Below are positions 46,229 to 58,433 of a stretch of 64,000 nucleotides of DNA, in pieces. Numbering within the stretch: position 1 is the stretch's first letter; the number at the start of each line of letters is the position of its first letter. Under the pieces are notes generated by a model, which was not told the DNA's origin, made no database searches, and saw only the letters and a list, made by a program, of their open reading frames with translations. Made by a program: the position numbers and the translations under genes. This DNA is from Guillardia theta CCMP2712 (lineage: Eukaryota > Protista > Cryptophyta): contig NW_005434645.1 in the NCBI RefSeq assembly GCF_000315625.1, positions 581,033-645,032 of the forward strand, written 5' to 3'.

Positions 46229-49200
46229 ATGCCGCATCCTCTTCCTGCCACGAGCCTGCTAAGCTTCCTCTTGGTGATACTCTTGTCACAATGCCAGGGG
46301 AACGCATTGCAAAGTTGCCCAGCCTACCCATGGCCGGCTCATGGCAGGGCCTCACCATCCCGAGTGATGGGGCTAGGAGAGCAGGTCGAGATCACCTGTG
46401 ATGTTGGCTACCAACCAAGCTCTCTCGACCTCGTGACTCCCGCATGCCTAGGGTTCGATCCAGCCGTGAACGTGTCCAACCTTACAACAGCGGAAGCCCT
46501 GGGGTATTCCCCGGGGAGCTTGTGCATGCCCATAAGTTGCGGTCGCTTCCTTCCCCCAGCAAACTCAGAAGTGACGCCGACGGGAGAGGTGTTCTTCAAC
46601 CAGACCGTCAAGGTGGCTTGCTTGCCGGGGTTCACAGCCTCGGGAGTTTTCGGGTCTTCGGACTCTCCTAGATGTCAACCCGACGGGTCCTTCACTCTCG
46701 CCATCACCTGCCAGCGAGTTCCGTTGCAATGCGCCAACGCGTTTGACACCCGCGAGCTCTCGAGCGCGAGGCTGGGGAGCTTTCGCAGGGAGACGTGCCA
46801 TCCGAGCGCGGAGTATTGCGTGTCTGCCTTCTCGCAGGTGTCAGGATACTTCTGGTACGGCTGTGGACCTCCGATCGTAGAGGTTGCTGCAGCTATCATC
46901 CCTGTGCCTGACTGGGAGAACTTGGTCACTGCAGCCGACGGCATGCTCGGTCGAAAGTCCCCCTCCTGGCTCTCCTCGCACTTCATCTGTACGGGGACAA
47001 AACTGGAAGGAGAAGTTTACATCGAGTCCAGCGAGTTTGGGGGAGGCAACTGGACGTTCAGCTGCTGCTGCTCTCAGATGTGCAACCTCGGATTCAGGTG
47101 CGCTCAAGCTCCCTTGGGTCAGCCGCTCTCCTCCGAGTCCAGCGTCTTGACGGCTTCTGCTGAATGCAAGCAGAGTACTGGATGCTACCAGTCGAAGCCC
47201 TTTCCCAGCAGCCAGTGGAGGTATGACCCTCTCACCAACCAGCTGCTCCAGACCTACAGCCCAGAACTGGTGGGTCTCATCGATTTCAACACGACCTCCA
47301 AGCGCCCTCCTGGGTACGGCGAGGACGTGATCGGTTATGCTGCCCTCATGCGAGGGGCGGCGGACTCGTGGGTGGCTGCTGACGCTCCTGTGCTGTTTGT
47401 TGACACTTCCCGCGTGTTCCCGTACGCGGCCAAGCTGAAGGCCTGGGAGATCGTGGCGGATGCTCCTTGCCAACTGATGGTGCAAGTGTGGAGGAAGACC
47501 GGCAACGCCGACGAGTTTATGCTAGTTTCCAGCTCATCTGTCCAAGTGACGAGCAACTACGGCAGTCCAGCTCTGTTCCTGCTGCCAGAAGGGGAGCAGA
47601 CGGAAGTGGCCAAGGGAGACGTGATAGGTTGGGGGCACACAGGTCCTGGTCACCTGGTCTACGACGGCGACTCGTTGCAAGCTCAGTCGATCAAGTTTGT
47701 CTACGGAAGTTCAACGATCGGCGCCTCCCGTATCTTCATTTTCTCTGCCAGCAGGCGCTACTCGATCCGCGCCTTCTTCGACCCCACCCCGCTGGCTGAC
47801 AGCTGGATTGTTTCCGCCCCTCAGCCCAATGGGAGTGGCTGCTACGACTGGTCGCTTTCGCGCTACGGCCTCCACTGCAGCCAAGGCAGCATGAACATTC
47901 CCGTGGTCAACCTGAGCGACGGCAGCAGAGAAGTCTCTGAGGTTGGACTCCAGCTCTTCGTGGTCGGCTCTAGCGTGTTCGAGTACACCTGCTGCAAGAG
48001 CAGCATGTGCAACCAGCTGCCGTGCGTCAGGGCCGGCAGGTCTTGCGGCCTCTACCCGCGAACCAGCAACGCCATCGTCACTCCCAACTCTTCCATCGTC
48101 GTTCCCCTCCAGCACGTGAACATCTCCTGCGTCGTCGGGTACTCGCTTTCCGGAGAACCTTTCCGGAAAGTAGACCCGCAGTGCCTCAAGGACGGCAGCT
48201 TCGAGTCAGGCGAGGTCGGCTCCTCGTTCTGAAAGTGCTGCTGCTTCTGCTGCTCATCCGCTCTCCTTGCTCCTTTCTGCTGCTGCTGCTCTTCCCCCTC
48301 CCCCTCCCCCCTTCCCCCCCTCCGCTTCTTCTTCCTCTTTCATGCTGCTCCTTTCTCGTTGTTCCTGCTGCTGCTGCCTCGTTTTCCACTTCCTCCTTCC
48401 TGCTCCTGCTCCTTTTCATCCTTTCCGTTCACGCCCCCTTCATTTCTTCTTTTTCTCCCTGCCACCGCCACCCTCCACCTCCTTTCCGTCCCTCGCTCGA
48501 TTCTCTTCATCTGATCGCTCCTGCTCTCCCTTACCTTCTCCTCCGCACTGACGCGGCCCCAGGTCTGTCTTCCTGTTTCCTGCGGGAGGTATTCTCCTCC
48601 TCCCAACGGCAGAGTCTGGCCCCTCCGCCCCATCCTCTACGGGGAGAACGTCACAATTTCTTGCGTCCAGGGCTACGAGCTTGTGGGAGGAGGAGCTGTA
48701 AACCCTCGGTGCACAGCAAGCGGCAAATTCGAGGAGGGGAAGGTAAGGGGCGACGCTGCAGTCTTGGTCCTGACTTTCTCCTAGTTCTGCTCCTTGCAGA
48801 ACGGGGGGGCGATCGTAGGAGTGTCGATCGCGTTCTTCCTCCTCGTCCTGCTTGCCGGCTTCCTCCTCCTCTTCACGTGCAGGAGGCTTCTCAGTTCCGT
48901 GCGCTCATGGGAGAGGAGAGCTCGAGTCATTGGTAGGATGATGAGACGTTTGCTTGCAGAGCTGACTTTGTTGACAGATCCTGAGGAGGTAAATTCGAGA
49001 GAGGAGGAGGAAAGGCAGGAAGAGGCCGAGGAGGAGCAAAAGGAGGCGGAGGCGGAGGGGGCATACAATGACTGTTCGAGAGCAACCGGGAGGAGAAGGA
49101 GGTGGTGGGGAAAGGAGGAGGAGCAGAAGGAGGAGGGGGGCTGAGAGCACTACAATCTCATGATGCTGGGCAGGTGACGGATGGATCAGCGGAGAAGAAG

Positions 49201-49480
49201 TCGAAGCTAGTGGCATCGCTGGAGGAGCTTACGAGGAGGTACACAGGCGACAGGTGCGACCCTCCTGACTCGCTGGCAGGATACGGAAGAGCCGAGGACT
49301 GGAGGGGGGTGCTCAGGTGGGAAATGACAGGCGGATCATCTAAGTCCAGCTGACCCCCCGCTACAGGCTGTACCCATCCGACAAGGCGACTTCATCCTGG
49401 TGCCCTCGTGGCGCGGGCTCGGGCCGAAGCCAACCGTTGTGAAGCTGAGAGGAAGAAAAGGGGAGGAGGTTGAGAGGTAG
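46229..49480 (+). CDS. Type-I membrane protein with Sushi/CCP repeats and three-finger (LU-like) Cys modules
   Basis: Signal peptide; CCP patterns VEITCDVGY, VKVACLPGF..PRCQPDGSF, VNISCVVGY..PQCLKDGSF; CC-x4-CN twice; TM GAIVGVSIAFFLLVLLAGFLLLF; acidic cytosolic tail. Confidence 0.85.
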
Positions 49481-49557
49481 AAGGAGACTGCGGATTCGAG
49501 GAGGGCGAGCAGAGGCAGAGCGCCAGGGAGAAGGGAGAAGTCTATTGCACAGTTTGT

Positions 49558-52500
49558 TCAGTAAGTCTCAGGGTCTGGGATGTTCCAGTTGGTCAGGATC
49601 TTCACTTTCATCTCCTGCTGCAGCTCGTAGTTGGCTCGCGCCTCCGCAGGCTGTCTCCATGTCAGCAACTCTCTCCTCTCCTCCCCTCCGCTCCCCTCGC
49701 CTCTCCTCTCCTCTCCTCTCCTCTCTCCTTCTGTTCTTGTTCTCATCTCATCCACTCCTTCCGCTCCGTTTCCTCCAACTTCCTTCAATCTCCCACCACC
49801 CGTCCCCTCCTCGCTATCCCTCATGCTCTGCTCTCTCCCTCGCTCCCTCCTCTCGCTCACCTCGGTGGGGATCACGCTCTCCAGCAAGAGCTTGCCAAGG
49901 AAGAGGATGTGCTCGAACACGAGGGTCGCCCACATGCAGTCGGCCTGCTGGAGCTCAGGAGCGTGAAGCAGGGAGGAGCGAGTCACCATGGTCATGTCCG
50001 GGAAGTAGAAGTAGATGCCATGAGATGTTATACCCAGCAACCCGGAGGTTGTGATGATGGAGAGAACTGCAAAGACGTCGATGACCTGCTCTCCTAGTCA
50101 GTTCCTCTCCTTCTCTTCTTCTTCGCTCACTTGCTTTCTCCTCTCCTACTCATTCCTCTCCTTGTGCATCACTTCCCCCTACCTACCGCCTCTACCAAGT
50201 CCTGACACCATCCATGACTTCCATACGCCTTTCCCTCCAGCCCTTCTCCCTCCTCCAGCCCTTCTCCCTCCTCCAGCCCTTCTCCCTCCTCCAGCCTTTC
50301 TCCCTCCTCCAGCCCCTCTCCCCCCCGCTGCTTCCTCTTGTCCTCTCACCTGTTGGTAAGTCCCGATGTCCGAGGCGCACTCATACCCGGGCCTGCGCGT
50401 CTCGCAGAGGATGGAGTTTGCCTTTCTCCTTAGCTCGAACATGTTCACCACGTTGCACAACAGGGGCACAACGGGGCAGGCCAGGCCGAACATAGCCACG
50501 TATCCGAGCTGATACACCAACACCTGATGGGACAACGTCAGGGTTGTTGTGAGGGAAGAAGTAGCTCAAGGAAAGAGAAGGGAGGGTTGGAGAAGAGAAT
50601 GAAAAAGGGAAAAGGGAGAGATTTGTTCTTTCTCTTCTTCCGAGAGAGAGAGAAGAGAGAAAGCGAGAGAGAAGCGGGAAGGAGAGAAAGAGGAGGTAAG
50701 AGAGCGTGCAAGAGAGTTGAGCAGAAGAGTGCAAGGAGAGGAGAGAAGGGGGAGGGAGGAGAAGGTACCATGTAAAAGTCCACGACGGCACCTGGCTCAT
50801 CTGAGATGGAAAGCTCAGGCAAAGACAAGGCAGAAGGATAAGACAAAACTTACGCCATTCGTACTGAATCTCCATGGGAGCGCGGATGACTCGCATGCCT
50901 GAGGGAGGGACCGGTTTGCCCTCTTGCGACAGCATCTTCCTTACTGAGGGGAAGACATACAGCTGCACGTAGTAAAAGATTTGAAGGAGAACAACTTGTG
51001 TGACTAGCACGATAGACAAGACAGGGTAGCACTCCCAGTTGTAACACCGCCAGTACTGTCCGGAGACCTTGGCAAGGCAACACACATCAGTCGTTGTGGT
51101 AGAGACAAGATGGTCTACCTTGACGTTGTTCGCAAAGAAAGCGACCCATAGCAGCGGGAAGAACTTGTTGACCATCTTGTACATGAAGGTGTGCATGATC
51201 AGAGCGTCTTCGTACCTCGTGAACGTGTCCCAGTTTTCGTTGTCTGTCAGTCGGTCTACTATTCCTTGGAAGCCCAACTCAGGCACACCGTCCATGGCAC
51301 AGTCTGCTGCAAAGATGACGAAGCTGCTGGCAATGCCGTACATGACGCTGCCGACCATGATGTCCTCGACGTTGATAAGCGAATATAGCATCTGCCAGAG
51401 GAAGATCTGAAGGTATATGATGACAATATCCACAACCAAGATGACGGCGTATGTCCAGGCTTTCTCCCTCGACCTCCCTGTTGGGATCGGAAAGTACTCT
51501 CCCTCGTCGAAGTAGTAGGCGTCCTTCTCCCCTGTCACCTCGTTGTCATGCTTTCCTTGCTCCTGCAGACGTCAAGGCCATCAGCGTATTGTGAAGCTCC
51601 CACTTGTTTCACCGTCTTCTCGTCCTCCATGAACTCTCGCCGTATCTCCTCCTGCTCTTCAAACGCAACGGTGTCCCACTCAAATTGTCGACTAGTAACG
51701 TCTCGAGTCAATAGGAGCAACAAGCATCAAAGCCTTTACGTCTTCTCCAAGCTCTTCCACAAGCAAGAAAACGCCGACGTCCACATGCTGAGAATGACTC
51801 CATACACGAGCATGTATGGGCTTTCCATGCTGTTGACTTCCATATAGTCTTGTATCTGCCTCAAGTCAGTCTTGCCTGACCAGCCTCTATGAACGGACCT
51901 GCAGAACGAAGAGAATGGCTCCGAGGATCCCGGGAATCCACAACATAGTGATGTAGAAACCAAACCAAGTCCAGAACAGAGCATGTTTCTCCCTGCGAGC
52001 AAGTCAAAAACAGCGCCAACATCACTACAGTTGTCGCACCCGAAATATTCACGAATGATTTCAAGCGGCTGTGGACTGAAAGGCCTCGTACTCCACTCGC
52101 TGATAAGTTTCAGTCGAATCCTCTCATGATGAAGAGGAAAATATGCACCTGCGACATGATCAACAATCACATCTGGCAACCTGCGTGCTCACAAAGTTTT
52201 GATCCCATCCCCGACCGTCCGCAGCCCTCGAACTCGCTCATCTTCGCTTCAAACTCAAACTTGAGCTTCTCCTCCCCATCATTTCTCCATGGCTCTGTCC
52301 TTGACACCTGATAGAGACTGTTACGATTACCTCCTCCTTTGCAGCTCTTTCCATCACCTCCTCGATTATTGTCAGCTGCTGTTGACTGCAGAAAAGTTCG
52401 AAGCCATCCGAGGTCTTTGTAAACGCTTTCTTGGCTTCAAGTTCCCCCGTGTACTTGCACAATGCACTGCCCAAGTGCTCCCTCAGTCGTAGCCTGACGC

Positions 52501-52897
52501 CTTTCTCCTGCAATGGCGATTAGCCCCGCCGCTCGTTTGCGGTCCATTCGTTACCTGTGCTTCATAGCGGAGCATCGTATCAGGGGCTGAGAGCTTGAAG
52601 AAACAGAGGGTCCTGTCCTTATTCTTCATCTCTTGCACGTTGAGATTGAGCGATCTCATCAGACCCTTGAACTGTCCCCACGTCATGTCAGCAACAGGGT
52701 AACAGCAAGCAAGCTCTTACTCTGATCCTCTCCTCTTCCGCTGCCTTCACCACCTCCTCGATCGCCTCGTCAGGGTCGGGCAGTGAGAAGACAGCGCACA
52801 TGGCAGGAGGTCCCATGGAGACAAGAGCAACGGCTGCGGCATCGTCGTCTTCCCCTCCCGCGTAGCGCGTCGCCCGTGATCTGTCCTTGGTGCGCAT
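49558..52897 (-). CDS. Anoctamin/TMEM16 family protein
   Basis: QPLEIIREYFG, ENWDTFTRYEDALI, QLGYVAMFGLACPVVPL, NMFELR, RRPGYECASDIGTY, VFEHILF. Confidence 0.9.
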
Positions 52898-53471
52898 GGC
52901 GAAGAGACGCGGCAAGAATTGAGGGTGGGGTAGTTCAGAACTGGACAATGGGGTAGTAGGAACGATTGTCAACAGGGGTGGTCGACTAGTCAAAGTCGAA
53001 AGACAGACTCAGTCAAGTCAATTTCCGAGTCACTCAGCCGCCGCGCCCGGCATGCTGTAATCGGACAACGCGGCCCGGGCCGGCGGCCTGCCCTCTGTTG
53101 AGAGCCTGGCTTAATTAAACCCTTGGCGGCGATCGGATCGGACGGTGGCAACTTTGGCAACGTCAAGTAATGACTGCACATGAATGACGACGATTGAGCT
53201 TGAACCTTCCGAGTTTATTCACGGTGGACACATTGAAATCAGTGTTAACATCTACTTCAGGCTACTGTAGGAGCTTGCAAAACGAAGCGTTAAGTTTTCA
53301 GGACCAGTGAGTGACTCTAGACTTCAGTCAAGTTGTGTTCTTGGACTCATGCTCATGGTCAGATCGTCGTTGAACAGGACCGTGTTGACAAGGACTGTTG
53401 CCCCTCGAGTCCTCCTCCTCCTCGGTCTTCCAGCCTCGGACATCGGTAGTTTAGTTGAGACTCGAGGAAGA

Positions 53472-55154
53472 CTAGCCGTGATTGACATCAGCCTCCTGAC
53501 CAGCTATGGCGTCCACGTTAAGCGAGCACGTGTAGGTGGTCACAACCCCCTTGTTCTTGAGGTGAACGTTCAGCCGCTCTTGCCACTGCCAAGGGCCCTC
53601 GTCCTTCATAGCAGAGACGTCGACATTGGTTCTCTCCTCTCCTCCCTCCTCCTCCTCTCCTCGCCTCCTCGTGTGGCAGAACATTTCTTGGAAGACCTCC
53701 GCGCTCACCTGCAGCTGGCCCACCGGAGCTGTGCTTTCCATCCTGCTCGCAACGTTCACGGCGTCGCCAAAAAGGCAGTAGCGCTTCCGGATCCTCCCAA
53801 CGATACCCGACATGACAGGGCCAACATGCACGCCAACTCGCAGCATCATGGGATTGCCCCAGGGGTCCTTGACGTCTCGAGCGGCTACGATCATCTCCCT
53901 TGCAAACTTGACTGCATCCTGGACGATTTTCTTCTCTCCCAGCCCTTGCTCTGAGCTGAACAGTCCAGCTGCGGCCATGTACGAGTCACCAATGGTCTCG
54001 ACCTTGTAAACATTATTCACTTCGCAAAGAGTATCGAACTTGCAGTACAAGTTATGCAGCATGTTCATGACCTCCTGGGCTTCAAGATTAGAAGCTATCT
54101 TTGTGAAGGACACAATGTCTGCGAACACGATAGCTACTTTGTCATGAGACCTTCCATACACGATCGCACTGGAGTCTGCGTCTGTTGACGAAGAAAGAGA
54201 GTCTGTGGTCGAGGTTCGATGAAGGCTTGTCCTCTTGCTCACACGCTGCTCTTCGCCCTGCGCGTCTCCGACTTGTTGGATCGCGTGGATGACGTTCTCA
54301 GGGATAATGTCAGTGAGCAGCTCATGCTGAATCTTCATGGTGACTCGAGATAGAGCTAACATGACTGAATTTTCTGATCGGCCTAGCACGTAAGCTAGCA
54401 TCAATGCGACAATGAAGGCAAGGGGGTGAACGGATACGAACTCATCTGTAAAATTTGTTTTGGCGAGGTTGAACCATTCCAACCAAACACACAGCAAGAT
54501 GAGAGAAAAACTGAGAAGCAGATAGACATAATCTGACAGAGCCTTGTATGTCCCGAAGACCAAAGAGAATGAGTGTAATCTACGGGAAATATCTTCCATG
54601 ACATCATGGCACTCCCCATTGAAAATGGCAGCAAGAGTGCCTGGCGCTATCACGCAAATACCATACAAAGACACGAAAAATGCTACCAGATGCAGGGTAG
54701 AAACATCTTCTCGGGTATGATGGATCCACGCACTGTAAACAAAACTTTGGAGGGTACCTGCAAGTGCAATGTAGGCCACGGAGCAGCGGTAACACAGGGG
54801 GCAAAGGAAAGAATAGAGGAATGCTTCGCTGATATAGTGTCTCTTGTACCGCAGTGAAACATCAACGACCCAAGAAACCACAGGCACCCAGAAAATCGAA
54901 AGACATGCCAAATTCCTTGTTGAGCTTGAGCATCGTTTTCTCAGCAGCAGAATCAAGTAAAAGATATGAATAGCTATTCCTGGTCCACTCGAGAAGGTGT
55001 ACCCTATCGCCATGCTTCTCTCCGCAACATCCTCGTCCGTCCGTGCCTTGGTTAAGAAGAAAAAAAATTGCATGCACAGGCCGAGCAGGGAAGAGATGCA
55101 GATTGTAAAATCCAAAAGACGAGGGCGGTCAAGGAAGCTGTCTAATCGACTCAT
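53472..55154 (-). CDS. Multi-pass membrane class III nucleotidyl cyclase, guanylyl type, intronless
   Basis: IVFADIVSFT, VYKVETIGDSYM (Glu) and RYCLFGDAVNVASRMES (Cys) give GTP-specific residues; multiple N-terminal TM helices. Confidence 0.92.
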   Translation of the reverse strand: MSRLDSFLDRPRLLDFTICISSLLGLCMQFFFFLTKARTDEDVAERSMAIGYTFSSGPGIAIHIFYLILLLRKRCSSSTRNLACLSIFWVPVVSWVVDVSLRYKRHYISEAFLYSFLCPLCYRCSVAYIALAGTLQSFVYSAWIHHTREDVSTLHLVAFFVSLYGICVIAPGTLAAIFNGECHDVMEDISRRLHSFSLVFGTYKALSDYVYLLLSFSLILLCVWLEWFNLAKTNFTDEFVSVHPLAFIVALMLAYVLGRSENSVMLALSRVTMKIQHELLTDIIPENVIHAIQQVGDAQGEEQRVSKRTSLHRTSTTDSLSSSTDADSSAIVYGRSHDKVAIVFADIVSFTKIASNLEAQEVMNMLHNLYCKFDTLCEVNNVYKVETIGDSYMAAAGLFSSEQGLGEKKIVQDAVKFAREMIVAARDVKDPWGNPMMLRVGVHVGPVMSGIVGRIRKRYCLFGDAVNVASRMESTAPVGQLQVSAEVFQEMFCHTRRRGEEEEGGEERTNVDVSAMKDEGPWQWQERLNVHLKNKGVVTTYTCSLNVDAIAGQEADVNHG

Positions 55155-55299
55155 GCCTGCTTGCTGACTGATTTATGGATTGGTGGCGATTGTTCCAGCT
55201 AGTCAAGCTTCACTCTGTCACAGCATTGCCCTCCATACACTATCTCGATGATGCTCCTGCCAAGACTCCCAACACGTTCGCAAGTCGTTCATTGTATGC

Positions 55300-56200
55300 C
55301 GTTCGTGTACCAGGCTGTGGTAAAAGATAAAACCTTTGTCCTGTAGCGGGAGGGGTGCGGAAGGTCAATCAGAGGGGTGGGGGTGTAGAAAGGTAATGAA
55401 AACACACTGAGGCGAGCCCAGTGTGGCCGTAGTGACACGAAGTAAGCTAAAACTGGTACTAAATTATTAGTCAAAGAGGATCTATGGGGGTAGGGTGTTT
55501 AATGACTGATATGAGGGGGTAGTACGTTGAAAGGGTGGTGTGGAAGGTCATGTAAAGGCCCACAAGTGCGGGTGGTCAGTGACACGGGTAGTTTAAAGGG
55601 ATTTATGGAGGGTAGTGGTGGGGAACGGTGAGGAAGGTGAGGCAGGCTCGGATCGCTCGTCCCGTGGGGGTAGGGTACCTCAATTTCCCTGAAAATGCCT
55701 GGTGGGTTCTAAAAAAGGATTGAGTAAGCAAGCAAAGGGGTGGGGGTGTCAAACCTGTTCCATCACCCCAGATTTTTACTGAATATCATTGCAGATATTG
55801 AGAGGACATAGGGGTAGGGGGTGATATTTCAGGAAAACGTGGGGGTGGGGTAGAAAGCAGGAGCGCGTGAAGTTCCTGTCCCAAGGGTAGGGTACTTAAA
55901 AATGATGGGTGGGTAGGCCACGAGGGTCGTATTAGAACGGGGTAGTCTGGAGGTAGGTAGGGTAGTGATTCTAGAATAATCATACAGATAGGTATGGGTA
56001 ATATCGAGGCATGAAAGGTATGTAGTACATATTTACTTAAAGGCACAATCGAAAATTCTCCCACCTATGCAAACTTCTTTCAACTTCCAAGCATTTGCGG
56101 AAGAAATGATGGGTAGGGTACCATTTTTCATGGGGTCCTCTGAAATTTGAGGTGGGTAGGGGTGATCTGGCGGCTGTGAGTCATCGCGCGGTTCAATGCA
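55300..56200. repeat. G-rich block with many GGGTAG(G)GT words; member of a dispersed intergenic repeat type
   Basis: Recurrent gggtagggt/ggggtag; shares AACTGGTACTA with 28150; similar blocks at ~32720, ~38150, ~52915 and ~60585. Confidence 0.55.
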
Positions 56201-56279
56201 GAGGAGGCATGGGAGTCGGGGAGGAGGAGAGGAGAGGAGAGAGCAAGGAACATGCGTGAGGACGAGGAAGGAGAACAAG

Positions 56280-57200
56280 AGAACACAATGAAAGTGTCTG
56301 TTCATACGAGATCAGATGCAGAGGGTGAGGAGCAGAGTACGTGGATTCAGAAGTTGGTACAAGGAATTTTTCGGGATCAGTTTACATGGAGTAAAGACAG
56401 GGAAATCAGGAGGAAAACGAAGGTGGTCTTGGAGGTATCACAGTCTATGAGGGATAGGAAGAACCTTGTAATGATCAACACAAGACTACTGGAGTATCAG
56501 CTGCATAATTGGTGCAAGATGTACCGGAACTGTTATCCCGGCTGAAGGGGGTTGTCCGAACACATCAGAGAGATGAGTGAAACATTTGAAAGATAACTTG
56601 GGGTAAACAGAATGAGTTTTAATGCTGTAGTCCTTGGGGAAACCTGACCTCACATGCTTTCCCATGGTAGAAATCAGGTTTAGCAGGAAGGAGAAGGCAG
56701 TAGCCGAGTTGTGAGAAGGATACCTTGACTGAATTACGAGAGCAGCATGAGTGGCCTCAACCCATCTGATGATTGAATCACAGTTTTGAGAAGGAGAGCA
56801 TCTACTGGGTTATGAACTGAGGTTGCAAAGTGATAAGAGATAACAACTGAGAATGTCTGGTACGTATTGTGTGGTGTTGCCGTTGCTGCTGTCATGTTCC
56901 CCCTTTGAGTATACTGTTCTCCACATGAAGCTCGCAGGATATGCTGTTTTCTTGCTAAAAGATGTCATTCTTTCATGCCCTGCTATGCTGTACTGGACTT
57001 CCTCTTCACTGCACCCTGCTGGCTTCCTGTTGGCTTGGCCTGACACGTCTGAGTAGCGTGGACTGGCATGAATGGGTCTAAAGGCGGAGCTAGCAAGAAT
57101 CATCAAGGCAAGCAGGTAATCTACCTTGATATGCTGAGTGTTCTCCTTCTGAATTGGAGCTGAAGCAGACTGCAAGCGACGTGAATTCATACTTCAAAAT
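56280..57200 (-). pseudogene. Decayed, CpG-depleted gene or element remnant
   Basis: Intron-like GT..AG segments persist while the reading frame has repeated TGA/TAG/TAA codons; low CpG by hand count. Confidence 0.4.
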
Positions 57201-57360
57201 TAATGATATCGACAAGATCATCAACATTGCTATCAACAAGGTGGATCAACACTAATTTTGCCTGAGGAAGCTAAAGGGTTGGTTTCCATGTTAGGTCGCT
57301 GAAGAGAAACCGAATGACTTCAAGAACGGACTTGCAGATGCTCTTGAGAACGCCTCCCAT

Positions 57361-58433
57361 ATGGCCAAGAAAGATAAGAGTACGGATGGCAGATGGTTGT
57401 CTCCTCGCTTGACATTCCAGCAGAGGCTCATTCGAAGGAAGATGCAGAGTCTGCAAAGAAGTACCTTGAGAGTCACAACGCTGAGGTGAGTTTGTTGAGT
57501 TCTCGATGGTGGGTTGGTCCTCACATCACGCCAGGCCATTCTCAGTGAGATCCTCGGGAAGATCGCTGTCTCCATGCCATCCAACCCAGCTCAAGTATTG
57601 GCTCATCATGCCAGAGAGGCTACAGGACAAGCTCCTGCCGGACAAGCAGCTTCTAGCCCTAGCCCTAGTAAGTCTTGTGTTTGTGAATGCTTCATGCTCA
57701 CAACAGCCCCAGACAAGGGCGGCAAGAAAGACAAGAAGGATGACAAGCCTGCAGCCGCTTCTCCGGCTCCCAAGCAGCAGGTGAAGTCATTCTGAACATC
57801 GATTTGTTGGACCTTGACGGCTGTGTCAGGACACCAGCGGACCCCCTGCTGGAGTCGACGCTAAGAAGTGGAAGGCCGCAGTCAAGGAGGGAGGTCTGAG
57901 CGGACTGTCGGCCATGGCGGTCTGATTGACTCGACTTGACAGGAAAGAAAGGCGTAGAGCTAGCTGGTTGTGCCGACATGGGAGGGCTCGAGTTCTTCAC
58001 CACTACCATCGACTCTGCTGACGGCGCGTTGGAGTTGCTCGTTGCTGCGATGGATGGAGCGAACAAGGAGCCTGACCCAAACGAGGAGGAGGCCAAGGGT
58101 GGCTCGGGGATGGTGGGCAAGATGTTCCTCTCCTCCAGCGACAAGCAGCTTGGTCTCATGTGCTACGTGCCTGAGGGCAAAACTAGCAAGTGCAACGCGT
58201 CTGAGTGGATGAAGGCGGTCTTGGCACCGGTGAACGGAGAATTCGTTGAAGGCAACGAGAAAGTGGCAAAGGGCCGTTCGGTCGGAGATGGGCAGAACAA
58301 GTTTCCTCTCAAGGACAAGGATACTTGCCAAGCAGCGTCGGTCGCGTGGCTGAAGGAGCGAGGCCTCTTTCCGCAGGGTGACGACGAGGGAGACGACTGG
58401 GTCCCCGATGAGGATGCAGGCATTGAATGGTGA
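57361..58433 (+). CDS. Conserved protist protein with an N-terminal Dpy-30/RIIa-like docking domain
   Basis: AKKYLESHNAE/AILSEILGKIAVSMPSNPAQVLA, then KAAVKEG/GKKGVELAGCADMGGLEFF..KGGSGMVGKM..FPLKDKD..LKERGLFP and an acidic tail. Confidence 0.75.

Noticed and set aside
54330-55154. Rhodopsin-guanylyl cyclase
   Set aside because: No retinal-binding Lys motif (DxxxK) in the last helix and no RYxxW-type helix C motif.
56252-56545. Retrotransposon protein remnant on the + strand
   Set aside because: No RT, integrase or transposase motifs are recognisable.
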